Below, piece by piece: positions 23,311 to 35,168 of a stretch of 64,000 bases of DNA (positions within the stretch are counted from its first letter, which is position 1; each line of letters starts with the position of its first letter). The notes under the pieces are model-generated. The model ran no database searches. It was not told where the DNA came from and saw only the letters and a list, made by a program, of their open reading frames with translations. This DNA is from Blepharisma stoltei ATCC 30299 (lineage: Eukaryota > Protista > Ciliophora). Both the position numbers and the translations under genes were made by a program. The stretch spans positions 1 to 64,000 of the forward strand of contig CBFDEM010000006.1 of the NCBI GenBank assembly GCA_965603825.1, given 5' to 3'.

Positions 23311-23453
23311 TTCTTATGCAAATAATTTCTATTTTAAGATTTTATCAGGGCCAAAAATTCACTTTTCTTATTTTTTTGAGCAAAAAGATAACTTAATAAG
23401 CAGAAATTAGGGAAATTTTTATTGAAAATTTACGATTTTATATAATTTTAAAT

Positions 23454-24791
23454 ATGTCATTATATGGACATAATGATGTTTCTAGACGGCAAACTTCGCA
23501 GATTCCACCCCTTTTGAAGCTATTAAGTATGTTTTCTTTATGCCATTATGCTCCAAGGCTCTCAAAACTTGGCTACACAAATAACATTCATTCGCTAGCT
23601 TACTTCCCAGAGAGCCAGTTGGAGCATTTTTATAAGATATTAGGACTTACTCAAGAGGAGAAAAACAAATTTCGAGAAATGCTTAACCTTATCGTCATGC
23701 TGCACGAGTCAAATTCAGGAAAACGAACCTCTTCTGTAGAGCCGACCCACGTTCATAGAAGAAAATTTAGAAGACTCAGCAATTCTGGAGATGAAGATAA
23801 CTCTGATATCGACCTTGCAAAAAATATTGATTTTTGCAGTGAAAAATTCGAAGAAGAAAAAGTTCAGACTGTCGAAAGAAACAAAATTATTGCACAAATT
23901 GAAGAAGCCAGAAAAAAAATCGGCTTAATGACTGAAGAATTAATCGCTGAGCAAAAAAATGCGAAGCTAGCCATTGAGATTGAAGAGGATAAACAAATTA
24001 AAGCAAAAATTGTAAAAGAGAGAGCGGATACTGCGAATTCGTATGACTCTTCAAAATTAAGATCAACTTTGGCACATATTGATGTTGAAGAAATATGCCA
24101 TTGTCTTGCTAAATCATTATTTCAAATTATTAGCTTTTCAAAAAAAAAGAAAGAAATTACAGAAAATAATTCAGATAAATCAAAATTACAAAAATTCTGT
24201 GAAAATGAACTTTTGAGCTTTAAAAGTGAAAATACTGAACTAAAAATCCCATTTGAAATTGCGGAGTTATTTAATAAAGAATTTGATGACCCAAGTCCAA
24301 GTGGAGCTGTCAGTGAAACTGATATTTATTATTTTTGCAAAAATGTAATTTTCAGGGCAAGAATGGAAAAGGAATGTAGTATTATTTGTCTAATTTATAT
24401 AGAAAGGCTAATTAAGGCTACAGGAATTAGCTACAATGAAAGAAATTGGAAAAAACTGGCCTTTATAGCACTAATTATAGCTTCCAAGGTATGGAGTGAT
24501 ATGTCATATGAAAATTTCCACTTTTCTAAGCTTTTTACTATAATTTCTTTAAGAGAAATTAACTCCCTTGAACGACTATTTTTGAATTTAATTGACTTCA
24601 ATGTAAACATTGAAAAAAGCCTGTATGCAAAATATTATTTTATTTTAAGGACTTATGCAGAGAAAAATAAAAGGACTTTTCATTTAAAGCCTCTAGATGT
24701 AGAAACGGTCAGGAAGCTTCAGCAAAACGCAAACCATGCTCAAGACATGCTGAAAGAGCTACATAGCCAGAGTCTTCTCAAAACTACATAA
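23454..24791 (+). CDS. Cyclin Y-like protein with N-terminal SAM-like domain
   Basis: ECSIICLIYIERL, NWKKLAFIALIIASKVWSD, INSLERLFLNLIDFNVNI, YAKYYFILR (cyclin Y family box). N-terminal LSMFSLCHYAPRLSKLGY...LGL resembles SAM. Confidence 0.85.
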   Translation: MSLYGHNDVSRRQTSQIPPLLKLLSMFSLCHYAPRLSKLGYTNNIHSLAYFPESQLEHFYKILGLTQEEKNKFREMLNLIVMLHESNSGKRTSSVEPTHVHRRKFRRLSNSGDEDNSDIDLAKNIDFCSEKFEEEKVQTVERNKIIAQIEEARKKIGLMTEELIAEQKNAKLAIEIEEDKQIKAKIVKERADTANSYDSSKLRSTLAHIDVEEICHCLAKSLFQIISFSKKKKEITENNSDKSKLQKFCENELLSFKSENTELKIPFEIAELFNKEFDDPSPSGAVSETDIYYFCKNVIFRARMEKECSIICLIYIERLIKATGISYNERNWKKLAFIALIIASKVWSDMSYENFHFSKLFTIISLREINSLERLFLNLIDFNVNIEKSLYAKYYFILRTYAEKNKRTFHLKPLDVETVRKLQQNANHAQDMLKELHSQSLLKTT

Positions 24792-25011
24792 TAAATATTT
24801 ATTTAAAAAATATAAAAATTTGTCATATAAGCCCAACACCATTTTAAATTATTTAAACAGAGCATAGTCAGTGAAAATTTTAATATGAAAATATGGAGAA
24901 GCCATCCCCACTTATATTTTCAATATAACACTTTTTCTAAAAAGCCAAAATAAATCCTTCCATATACATTATTTTATTAATTTAACATGTGGACTTATAC
25001 ATAATAATTAA

Positions 25012-25428
25012 ATGTTGGACGAAAATGAATTTACTTTTCTTTTTGATCCGAAAGTGGAAGAACAGCTAAGAATCTCCACATCAAGCACTACAGACAGTAA
25101 TGATAATTCGCAGTGACAGAATGAAAATTTTGAAGTCCCTTGCACACATGAAATTGAGTCTCCTCTTGATTTTTCGAACTCGAGCCAATGGCTCCAACTG
25201 TTGGACCCGAGCCAATCGCTTGGCTTGTTTACTCCAATGACTGAAGAGCAAAATGAGCGCTATTTTGCGATGAAGCCAAAGCTCGAAAGGGTCTTAGAAA
25301 TACTAGAAAGTAAGCTTTCTACGGTTTCTGTCAAAGATGACTGCTCGTCGCAGCCTTCTAGTGTAAAATTAGCAATGCCGAGTAATTCTCATCTTTTAAA
25401 TAGACGAAGAGCTTTGACAATTGTTTAA
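25012..25428 (+). CDS. Hypothetical protein, 138 aa, 1 TGA=Trp
   Basis: ATG 25012 is in frame with track ORF 25201..25428 through one TGA. Confidence 0.65.
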
Positions 25429-25471
25429 AAGCAAATTTATAATACTTATTTGTAATTTAAATAAATCAATT

Positions 25472-25975
25472 TTATGAAGGTCTAGTCAGATTTTGGCAGT
25501 AGTTTAGAGCTCTTATACCTTCATATAGACTTAGAGATGCTGATACTGATAAGTTTAAGCTTCGAATATCAGGTGAAAACATAGGAATATACAAAATATG
25601 ATCACAATCTGCCATTATTTCATTAGGAAGTCCATCAGATTCTCGTCCATGTATAATCCAATCATTAGGTTCATATTGAAATTCTAAATAATTTGACAAT
25701 CCACGAGGACTAAATGCAAGAAGTCGTCCAGGTAGATTTTTTTTGTGTTTTAAAAATTCAGACCAGCCTGTGTGCTTAGTCAGGGAAACGTAAGGCCAAT
25801 AATCAACTCCAGCTCTTTTTAACCGTGATTCAGTAAGCTCAAATCCTAAGGGCTCAATTAAATGCAAATTTGTAAAAGTGGCTGCACATGTTCGTGCAAT
25901 ACATCCTGTATTTTGAGGAATTTGAGGGTAGCATAAGACTAGATTTAGGTAAGATTTCATATTTTTTAATGTCAT
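25472..25975 (-). CDS. trmL: TrmL-like tRNA wobble (position 34) 2'-O-methyltransferase, SPOUT family
   Basis: PQIPQNTGCIARTCAAT..LHLIEPLGF......KRAGVDYW, GRESDGLP, IPM....RSLNLSVS. Start at ATG 25975 or 25960. Confidence 0.88.
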   Translation of the reverse strand: MTLKNMKSYLNLVLCYPQIPQNTGCIARTCAATFTNLHLIEPLGFELTESRLKRAGVDYWPYVSLTKHTGWSEFLKHKKNLPGRLLAFSPRGLSNYLEFQYEPNDWIIHGRESDGLPNEIMADCDHILYIPMFSPDIRSLNLSVSASLSLYEGIRALNYCQNLTRPS

Positions 25976-26469
25976 AGCGGGTTTATTACACAATTAATAA
26001 AGCATAATATTGAAATTTCTAAAATAGAAAATAATTAGTAAAGCCAATTTTTAGTTAAATTATAAGAGAAGGTTTAGTTGAATTTATTATAATTATCAGT
26101 GGTAAAATAAAAATATATACGCAAATGAAAAAGGTTTTATTTGAGTTTATTCCATTGTAAATGGAGACTGGCAATATTAAATTGAAATCATTGAATAATG
26201 ACTGGAGCTTTGAGTAGACTAAATTTTTAGATATCAGCCTATTTCAAGCACAGAAGATGGGACTTTTGTTTAATAGATGGTTATAAGCAAGAAAATTGTA
26301 TTCGTCTTATTGATCATTTGCATTAGACAACTGCACTGGCAATGGCACCTGAAAAGGGATGAATTTCTTTGTGTGATCAATAAGTAAATAGATATGGTTT
26401 ATTTCTTTATCAATTGGGTAATATTAGGGATACTTAAACTTGACCCTTGAAATTGGATCTATTGAATGC

Positions 26470-26769
26470 TTAATCTGTTTTACTCGGCTTTTTACTCCAG
26501 TAGTCGTCCATTTCTTGATCAAGATGCTTGGATCCTGCTTCATTGCCCCAGTAGTTTTCAAGTTCTCTATCTAGCTGATCTTCGCTGACTTCCTTCTTAG
26601 TGAATTTTTTCTTCCCGAACTTTTTCCCTGGCTTTCCACGCCCTTTATTAAATTTTCCTTCTTTTCTTGGGCCTTTTTTGAATTTAGGACGATCTTTTTC
26701 AAAATTTCTTTTGCCTGCTTTCGCATGTCTTTGTCCACCTTGCTTTCCTCCTCTGTTTCCGCGCACCAT
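26470..26769 (-). CDS. Small RG/K-rich protein with duplicated C-terminal UAP56-binding (FoP/CHTOP-like) motif
   Basis: EDQLDRELENYW...HLDQEMDDYW after a basic Gly-rich region. Confidence 0.75.
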   Translation of the reverse strand: MVRGNRGGKQGGQRHAKAGKRNFEKDRPKFKKGPRKEGKFNKGRGKPGKKFGKKKFTKKEVSEDQLDRELENYWGNEAGSKHLDQEMDDYWSKKPSKTD

Positions 26770-27625
26770 TTTATTGGTTTAATTTAGATTGATTTTTTAA
26801 GTATTCACATTTCCCTAATTAAATTAATCCAAATTCATAAGATTTTGTGCATTACTTATATCATATTTATAACCCAAATTATCTTGATATTTAAAACTCA
26901 TAAACAGTAAACGATAACAGTAAAAAATATATAGAATTTCTATTAGCAATCAGAAAAATCTGTCATGCAGATGGGCGATACAAAATATGCAGTCAATGCT
27001 ATATAAGTAATGATAGCCTTGATTAAAGCTTTTAAGTCCTATTAAGTCCTCCATAAGTTCTTTTAAATTCTAATATTATTACTTCATAAGGCACCACTTG
27101 CAATTTTTTATAGAGCATTCTTTATTCTCTATATCAGTTTTATCTAGAAAATTTAAATATTTTTATTTTCATAAGTAATTTGCATGATACCTAAATTCGC
27201 CTAAAAAATACGAAATTCGATTCCAATTCAATGAAGTATATTTTTCAATGTGCTAATTAAGCAGCCGATCATATGCAATGATGCATTCTAATTTTTTATG
27301 CAATTCTTAATTATTTTTTCATTTCATACAACCCTGAAACGCATTGTTTTGATGCAAAACAATAAGGAAAATCACTTGATTGGCAGTTCATTTCCTATCA
27401 ACGATCGATGATAATGTGCAAGGCTTAGATTGAGGACTTGAAATGCCACTTTTTATGATTAGGATTATATGTCCCTTATGCTTTAATATCATTTCGCTCC
27501 TTTACAGAATAGAATGTTCACTAAAATTTTATCACCCTCAATCGTTTTTATTTCTCTTAGACTCTTGCTCAAATCCAGTATTTTTTACTTTTCCACAATT
27601 ATATTAATTTAATGACATTAAACTT

Positions 27626-30600
27626 TTATCCTTCACTATCCAATGTACTCATATATAAAGCTAAGCTATTTCTTCTTACTGTAGAAAATGTTGGAGAAAC
27701 ATTTGAAAAACTTGCTATATGATGAAGCGCTGATGTCCTATCTTTCAGCAATTCTTTAGGATTCCCATACTCACTGCACGCTCCTTCATTAACAATCATA
27801 ACAAAATCACAAGTCAATATAAAATCCAGTCTATGGGCTATGATAAGAGCTGTGCAGTCTCCACAGGTAGCATCAACAGTCTCATATATTTTTTCTTCAG
27901 TGCCATAATCCACATTTGACGTTATCTCATCCATAACAAAAATTTTATTTTGCCTTAATAGTGCTCTTGCTAAGCAAAAAAGCTGCTTTTCTCCAGCAGA
28001 AAGCGTTTTTGACGAGAAATAGTTATGAAGCCCTCCAAGAAGCACAGAAATTTTTTCATCCATCCCTACAAGCTGCAGCGCAGTCCAAATTTCGTCTTCA
28101 TTATACTCATTAAGAGGATCCATATTATAAATAACTGAATTGTGGAAAATTATCGGAGTCTGCGGAATCACTGTGATGCATTTTCTAAGATGTGTTAAAT
28201 TTGCTTGAGAAATGTCCATTCCATCAATTAAAACTTGTCCCTGCTGGATTTCTACAAACCTCAATAAAGTGTTAATTATACTAGTTTTGCCGCTCCCTGA
28301 CCTCCCAACAATTCCTATTTTGCAGCCTCCTTCAAATATAACGTTCATTGAATTTAGGGCTCGTGTACCATCATCATAAGCCACTACCACATCCCTAAAC
28401 TCGATTTCTCCTTTTGTAATTTCTAGTTTTGCCTCATAAGAATTGTCTTCTGGCTTTATTTTTAAATTTTTTAGCAGCTCGGTGATACAGTAAATAGAAT
28501 TTTTTACCTTTCTAAAAGTATACATGGCATATGCACTTTGCATGCCAATTCTTTGGACAAAACTGAGCCCTGACCCAAGTGTTGCGGCACTTAATGTGCC
28601 TTTTAGCGGCACTGAAATTATAATATAGCTGGCTATTAATGCTATAAATGGGATATCAAGTAAAAACAGCATCCACCTCATTGCAGCTGATTGGGCAAAA
28701 AAACAAGCCGCAGACCTTTCTACTGCAGCTCGAAATGACTGCTTATGAGCTGATAAAAGCTTATAGCTTCGGAGACAGTATAATCCTGAAGCAGTTGACG
28801 ATAAGTGGCTTACAATAGGAGCTTTGCTTGCATTATAAGTTGCGTTAAAAATGTCCAGGTATCTATTGCTTTTATTGAAATTATAAATGCATGCTATTAA
28901 TATAGGGACAAGGGCAATAGAAAGGTAGCCATCACTGATAATCATCATCACAAAAGAGCCTATAAGGAAGAAAAACAGTCCAATACACTCAGCTATTAAG
29001 GTAGGGATATATTCATCAACTTGTTCAATATCATTACTAAATCGATTCATCAGAAATCCTTGACTTTTGTGGGTAAAATAGTGAAGAGGAGCACTAATTA
29101 AGGCAGCAAAAGAAATATTGTGAAGCTTTTTGGCTGATTCTAACAATGTTGAAGTAACTAAAGCATTTCTGATAACTGACGCAAGAACTAGCCCTAGCCC
29201 AATCGCGAATAAAGCCCAATAAAAATGGCTAGATTTTTGGTCCGACTTGCTTTTTTCAGACCAATAATAAATCCACCAAGGCATCAATGTATACAATCCT
29301 GACGCAAGTATAATAAAAAAGATAATTAAAGGAGACGATCAGCACCACCCAAGCTTGAAATACTTATAAAAAGATTCCCAGCTTTTATGGTGACTTTTTT
29401 CTGCATCATGGGTTTTTTTGTCATATATATTAGGAGCATTTACCTCAATGACGACTTTTTTGCCATTTATAGGGGAAGCGTCACAAATTGACGTCTCAAT
29501 TTGCAAGACCCCGCCTATCATCTTATAAACCTTTGTATAGTCATGAATATAATCAATTAAATGGGTGACTAAAACTCGAGTTTTTTCATTTAAATACCCA
29601 ATTATAAGCCTGTCATAAATTTCTCTAGCAATTCTTATGTCAATTGATGACAAAGGGTCGTCAAAAATGTATATATCAGCTTGTGAATATATAGCTCTTG
29701 CCAAGTTGATTCTGGTTTTTTGCCCTCCACTTATATTTGACCCTTTGTCTCCTATAATTGTTTCGTCGCCGTTTTTGAATTTGCTTATGTCGTCTTCTAG
29801 CATAGAGTAATATAAAGCGTGCCTATAGTCAGTTTCGTCATATGGCCTTTCCATTACAATGTTTTCTTTTACGGTCCCTCGGAATATCCAGGGCTCTTGA
29901 GGGACATAGGCAACTTTTCCTCCACGGTATATTTCCCCTTCTTCAATATGCATTTCGCCTAATAGTGACAGCATAAGTGAAGTTTTCCCTGAGCCGACTT
30001 GTCCATATATGACACACATTTCACCTCTGTGAATTGTTAAATTGATATCTCTCAGACAAAAATTGCCCTCTTCTTCGTCATGGGCTTGTTTTGTTCAGTA
30101 ACTTGTAACGTTTTTTAGCATGATTTCTCCTTTAGGGTACTTTAAATAGAGTTTTTGATGCTCTTTTTCTAGGAGAAATTTCCCAAGAAGTACTAGTCCT
30201 CTGTATGAGTTTCAGTAATATTCTATTGCGACTGGCAAAACTATGGCAATATAGTACTCTCCAAGCAGCAAAAATGTGAGGGTTGGGGTCACGATTTTGT
30301 AGTCGATATAGCCATCGTTATAATAAATAATCCCAAAAGTTAGTATGCAGCCTAGTGATATAGAAGTAGTTCCTATCGCCTTGCTTATTGTTTTAATGTA
30401 GGCTCGCCGGCGAGTTTGCTTTAATTCTTGATCTCTCAGCTGAAAAATTAGATCTGCATATGCATATTCTCAGGTATATGATTTCAGAAATTTGATGGTA
30501 TCAATAACTTCATTGGTTTTTTTTATCCTTGATTCTGCAATACGAGATGAAGCCAATTTTAATTTTATTACCCAATGAGAGAGCTTTGTTGTTATAGGCC

Positions 30601-31270
30601 ACATGGTCGTCATTAATAATAATCCTAAAACTCCTGCATACCCAGTATAATAATATAACGCTAAAAATATAGCAATCGCAGCAAATGGGGTGACCAAAGT
30701 ATAAACAGGCGTCGAGAAAAAGTCATAAGCCTGCAAATAAGTCCCAGTCAGGTTAACAACTCTGCTTGATACATCGCCAGAGTTTATCACTTCATGGGAA
30801 AGCCTACACAGCTTTTTGTTCATCAATTTCAAAAGTGCACATTTTATTGAAAACCCGAACATTTCTAAATGAAAATTCCCAAGGTTCCTACAAAGTCTTG
30901 AAATAGTAAATAAAATAATGATCCCGAAGCCAATGGTAAATCCTGTGCTTATATCATCGTCATTTCAAAAATACTCGACTAGTCTACCCAAAAGAATAGA
31001 AATTGCTATAAGCGAAAAGACCTCAATAAAAATCGGTATATTTATTATGCAATATTTTCAAAAAATACCTTTTCAAAGAGCCTTAAAAAAGCTTGGGTCT
31101 TTGTTTTGCTGCTCCTTTTTTCATTTATTTGATATTTTATGCGCTACGTGGTCTATATCAATGATTTTGGGTTTTCGGAAAACCGCATGAGGGTTTTGAG
31201 TATAATTTCGACTTCATCAAAATGAGAGTTTTGATAAAAAAGTGGAACGATCATAAGAGGACTCTACCAT
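27626..31270 (-). CDS. ABCC (MRP-type) full ABC transporter, 1214 aa, 10 TGA=Trp, no introns needed
   Basis: One continuous frame from ATG 31270 with TGA=Trp: FLSKLSF-WW, KSYT-W-E, NBD1 GQVGSGKT/ISGGQK/IYIFDD, NRFSNDIEQVD, NBD2 GRSGSGKT/LSAGEKQL/VMDE/IIAHRL. Confidence 0.93.
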
Positions 31271-31707
31271 TGATTGAAAATATTTAAAGGAAGATATGAA
31301 TCAATGATTTATTAATAAAATGAATTTCTTGAGAATGATAAATAGTCTAGGAATAACTAACTCTTAAGAATAAAAAATAATAAGTGTGTAAAGTAAGAAA
31401 ATTTACTTAGCCAGTAAATAATTCCCATTTTAACAGAATTATAAAAAATAGACTATTTAAATCAAAAAGCGTTAGAAATAATCTTCAACTTAATAAGTTT
31501 TAATTTATATCTAAAAATTTGTTACAAATAAATACTAGCCGATTTATTAGTTTTCTTTCAATAAAAATTGAAAGGAAAAATACAAAAAATAATAAAATTT
31601 TTAATAAGCAAATAAAAGCAGAATCTGACAATTAAATTCCTTTCTCTTCATATTTTAAGAACTATTAATATCACTTATTATATCAGAAACAGCTTATAAT
31701 ACTTAAA

Positions 31708-32889
31708 ATGGACATGCTGAAAATTTTAGCTGACTATGCTTATGGCCAGCAGCAATATCAAATCGGGAATTATACAGTCAATATCCAAGAGAAGCTTTCA
31801 GAAGGCGGGTATGCATATGTTTACAAATGCGTCGATATAAATACAAACAAAGAATACGCTCTTAAAAAAATTTTATGCCAAGATCAAGAACGCTATAGAA
31901 TGGCGCAGCGAGAAGTCGAAGTTATGCGAGCTATCCCAGAAAATGATAATATCGTCAGATTTTATGATTCCACAGTCATTACAGAAGGCAAAACGAGGTC
32001 AGTTTTACTACTTTTAGAGCTCTGTACTGAAGGGACACTTATAAATCTCCTAGAAAAATATAATGGCCAGCTTTCACTTCCCCAGATTTTATATATCATA
32101 AAAGAAATATTAACAGCAGTCCAAGTAGTCCACAGAGCAGGCTTTATCCACAGAGACCTGAAAGTAGAAAATATCCTTTTACACAACAAAAAATTCAAGC
32201 TTTGTGACTTTGGAAGCTGCACTTCAGAAATAATCGAGCTATCAACTGCATCGAGAAACGATTTATTGAGTTATCAAGAAACTTTTGAACGAGAAACTAC
32301 TTTAATGTACAGACCCCCTGAAATGATAGATTTATATGCAAGGCACCGAATTGATTTTAAAGCAGATGTCTGGATGATTGGCTGCATTCTATATACTTTA
32401 GCATTTTTCAGACATCCTTTTCAAGACCAAGCTCAATTAGCTATTGTTAATGCCCATTATTCATTTCCACAAGGGTCAAGATTTAATAATAAATTCCATA
32501 GTTTTATTGCGTGGATTTTAAACCCCATTCCTGCACTGAGACCTTCTGTGGATGAGTTAATTAATGCTATAGAAAATTATGAGTCGGTTGGAAATTTTGG
32601 AAATTCAGCCCCACAGCAGTCTCAGGCGAAAAATGTGAGGAAAAGGGAAGATAGAGATATGACTGATGAAGAAATTCAAAGAGAAATTATGAAGATCAGA
32701 AACCAAGGAGCACAGCCAAAACCAAGACCAAAAGTTGATACAAGACAAAATCAGCCACAGAATATATGGAGTGCTCCGGCTTCAGTTCAAGTCACCCAAC
32801 AAACTCAGCAGCAAACTGTAGAAAATGCTAATTTATTAGGGTTTAGCCCTCCAAAAGGTTCAAACAACGCAGGCTGGGCGAAATTTTAA
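31708..32889 (+). CDS. NAK-family (AAK1/BMP2K/GAK-like) Ser/Thr kinase
   Basis: LSEGGYAYVY, HRDLKVENIL, KLCDFGS, ETTLMYRPPEMIDLY, ADVWMIGCILYTLAFFRHPF. Confidence 0.9.
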   Translation: MDMLKILADYAYGQQQYQIGNYTVNIQEKLSEGGYAYVYKCVDINTNKEYALKKILCQDQERYRMAQREVEVMRAIPENDNIVRFYDSTVITEGKTRSVLLLLELCTEGTLINLLEKYNGQLSLPQILYIIKEILTAVQVVHRAGFIHRDLKVENILLHNKKFKLCDFGSCTSEIIELSTASRNDLLSYQETFERETTLMYRPPEMIDLYARHRIDFKADVWMIGCILYTLAFFRHPFQDQAQLAIVNAHYSFPQGSRFNNKFHSFIAWILNPIPALRPSVDELINAIENYESVGNFGNSAPQQSQAKNVRKREDRDMTDEEIQREIMKIRNQGAQPKPRPKVDTRQNQPQNIWSAPASVQVTQQTQQQTVENANLLGFSPPKGSNNAGWAKF

Positions 32890-33477
32890 TACATTAAATT
32901 TGTTTAGCTTTTAATAATGTTATCCTAAGCAAGATATTGAAAAATCTTTATTTTAAAGTCAATGAATGAGTAAATAGCTTATCTTTATGAATAATTATGT
33001 CTTAATGACTTATAAGCAAAACTCAATGAAGATTAGAATAGTTCTAATAGACAATATTTATTATTAATTTTAGATCTATGCAAATTATAAAAAATTCCAA
33101 AAGAATAAACAAATTGAAATAATAAAGCGAAAGAGAATTATTTCAATTTAAAAAAAATCTATTATAAGCATATTGAATATAATACATATGTATAGAGATA
33201 GAAACCTATATTATATCAGAGCTTAGAAAATAGCTTATAATATGATTGACTGTATTATTATTTAAATATCTAATTATCTGAATTCGATTTTTTACTCAAA
33301 GTTTTCTAAAAGCTCCTATTACTCAAATTCTGTTCCATTTTCTCTTAATAATTAAAAACCCCACCATTATAATAGTCAAAATTTTTCAGTTCTTTTAAGT
33401 ACATAAGAGCATTTTAAAATATGACATCAAAATAAATAAAAAGCTAAAAAATACTCCATCTGTATTGTAAATTAATT

Positions 33478-34599
33478 ATGGGAAATACACTTGAACAAAA
33501 AGAAGTAAAAACAGTCCAGCCAACCTCGCTTCACAAAAGTGATTTTAATTTTCATTATGTAATTGGCAAAGGTGGCTTCGGAAGGGTCTGAAAAGTCGAA
33601 ATGAGAAAAACCCATCAAATTTTAGCCATGAAAGAAATGTATAAATTTAGGGTGGTAAGTAAAAGAAGCGTTTATTCTGTAATGAACGAAAGGAAGCTTT
33701 TGTCTATCTTAAAGCATCCCTTTATTGTAAATATGCAATATGCTTTCCAAGATAAAGAAAATTTATTTCTTGCTATGGACTTGATGACAGGAGGCGATTT
33801 GCGTTTTCATATAGGTAAAGTTCGTAGATTTACTGAAGAAGAAACCCGTTTTTTCGTCGCGTGTATAGTAACTGGCTTAGAATATCTACATGTGAACGGA
33901 GTTATACATAGAGATATAAAGCCAGAAAATTTGGTTTTTGATAATAAAGGTTATTTAAGAATAACTGACTTTGGTATCGCCAAAATTTTTACCCCAGAGA
34001 ATTTCAGAGACACGTCTGGGACTCCTGGCTATATGGCACCTGAAGTGATGTGCAGACAAAACCATGGCATTGCTGTGGATTATTTCGCACTTGGGGTGTT
34101 AACCTATGAATTTATGGTTGGCAGAAGACCATATTCAGGGAGAAATAGAAAAGAAATAAAAGACGGTATTATGTCAAGACAAGTCCAGCTAAAAAAATCT
34201 GAAGTCCCTCCTGGGTGGTCGATGGAAGCAGCCGATTTTATTAATAAATTATTACAGAGAAAGCCGGAAAATAGGCTTGGAAATAACGGACCACATGAAG
34301 TGAAAAACCATCAGTGGCTCAGAGATTTCCCATGGAAAAAGCTTCTGGAAAAAAGTTTGGAAGCGCCTTATATTTGTTTAAGTGAAGATAATTTTGACTC
34401 AAGAGTTAATAATGACTGAAAAGACGACATTGACCCCTCTATTCGACAAAAGTCAATAGAAGGGATTTTTGAAGGCTATTTCTTTGACGCAAGAGCTCCG
34501 CCAAGGAGAATGAGTGATGAAAAAATCCAAATCCAAAAAGGGGAAGAATCTACTGTACAGATCAGATATCAAGAAAACATCCAAAAAAGCTTTGTATAA
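33478..34599 (+). CDS. AGC-group Ser/Thr kinase, 373 aa, probable N-myristoylation (MGN), 2 TGA=Trp
   Basis: IGKGGFGRV-W-KV (TGA 33589-33591), HRDIKPEN, DFG, GTPGYMAPE; reads through TGA 34417-34419 to TAA 34597-34599. Confidence 0.92.
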
Positions 34600-35168
34600 A
34601 TCATATAATTTATCAATTGATAAAAATAGTGAAATGCAGACTGTAAATTAATTTTTTTTTTATTTTGTCAATTCAGTGGTAATATAAATTTTGATGAAAT
34701 TTTTCGATAAAATTAGCATTAATAAGGATTTTTAACATCAGAATTATAATTTGGCGGATTTTGTACTTAATTAAGCAAAAAAAGATAAAACCGGAGGCTG
34801 TGCTATAGAAACTTAAATGATAGTTCATGAAGACAATATAATAATTTAAGTCTCATAATTGCCATTTTATATAATTTTACAAATTCCTCTTAGCCTGATA
34901 TTTTATTAAATGGAGATTGAAGCCATATTAATCGCATTTTTAAATATCAGTACAGGATTAAAGAGTTAAAGAAATCTCAGCATGCTTCTTGATCTGCTTT
35001 AAGACAAAGAACTCTCCCCAAAATCCATTCCTGGTTTTTAAAGCACCTAAAATCCTGCGTTTTCTCTTTCCCACAAAAATTTCTTTCCACAAATAAAAAT
35101 CTTTCTCCCACTTGTTCATTAATTTCTCCTTTTATAATTTATCATTAAATTATCAAAGGGTGTAAATC

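Noticed and set aside
25472-25975. Bacterial contamination or chimeric contig at TrmL or the histidine kinase
   Set aside because: Composition matches the host, neighbours are eukaryotic, and the kinase gene has tiny introns and TGA=Trp.
27626-31270. ABCC, MFS, MATE, TBC and others as nonsense-disrupted pseudogenes or selenoproteins
   Set aside because: The interruptions are all TGA, frames are preserved, and the TGAs fall at Trp-conserved rather than Cys positions.
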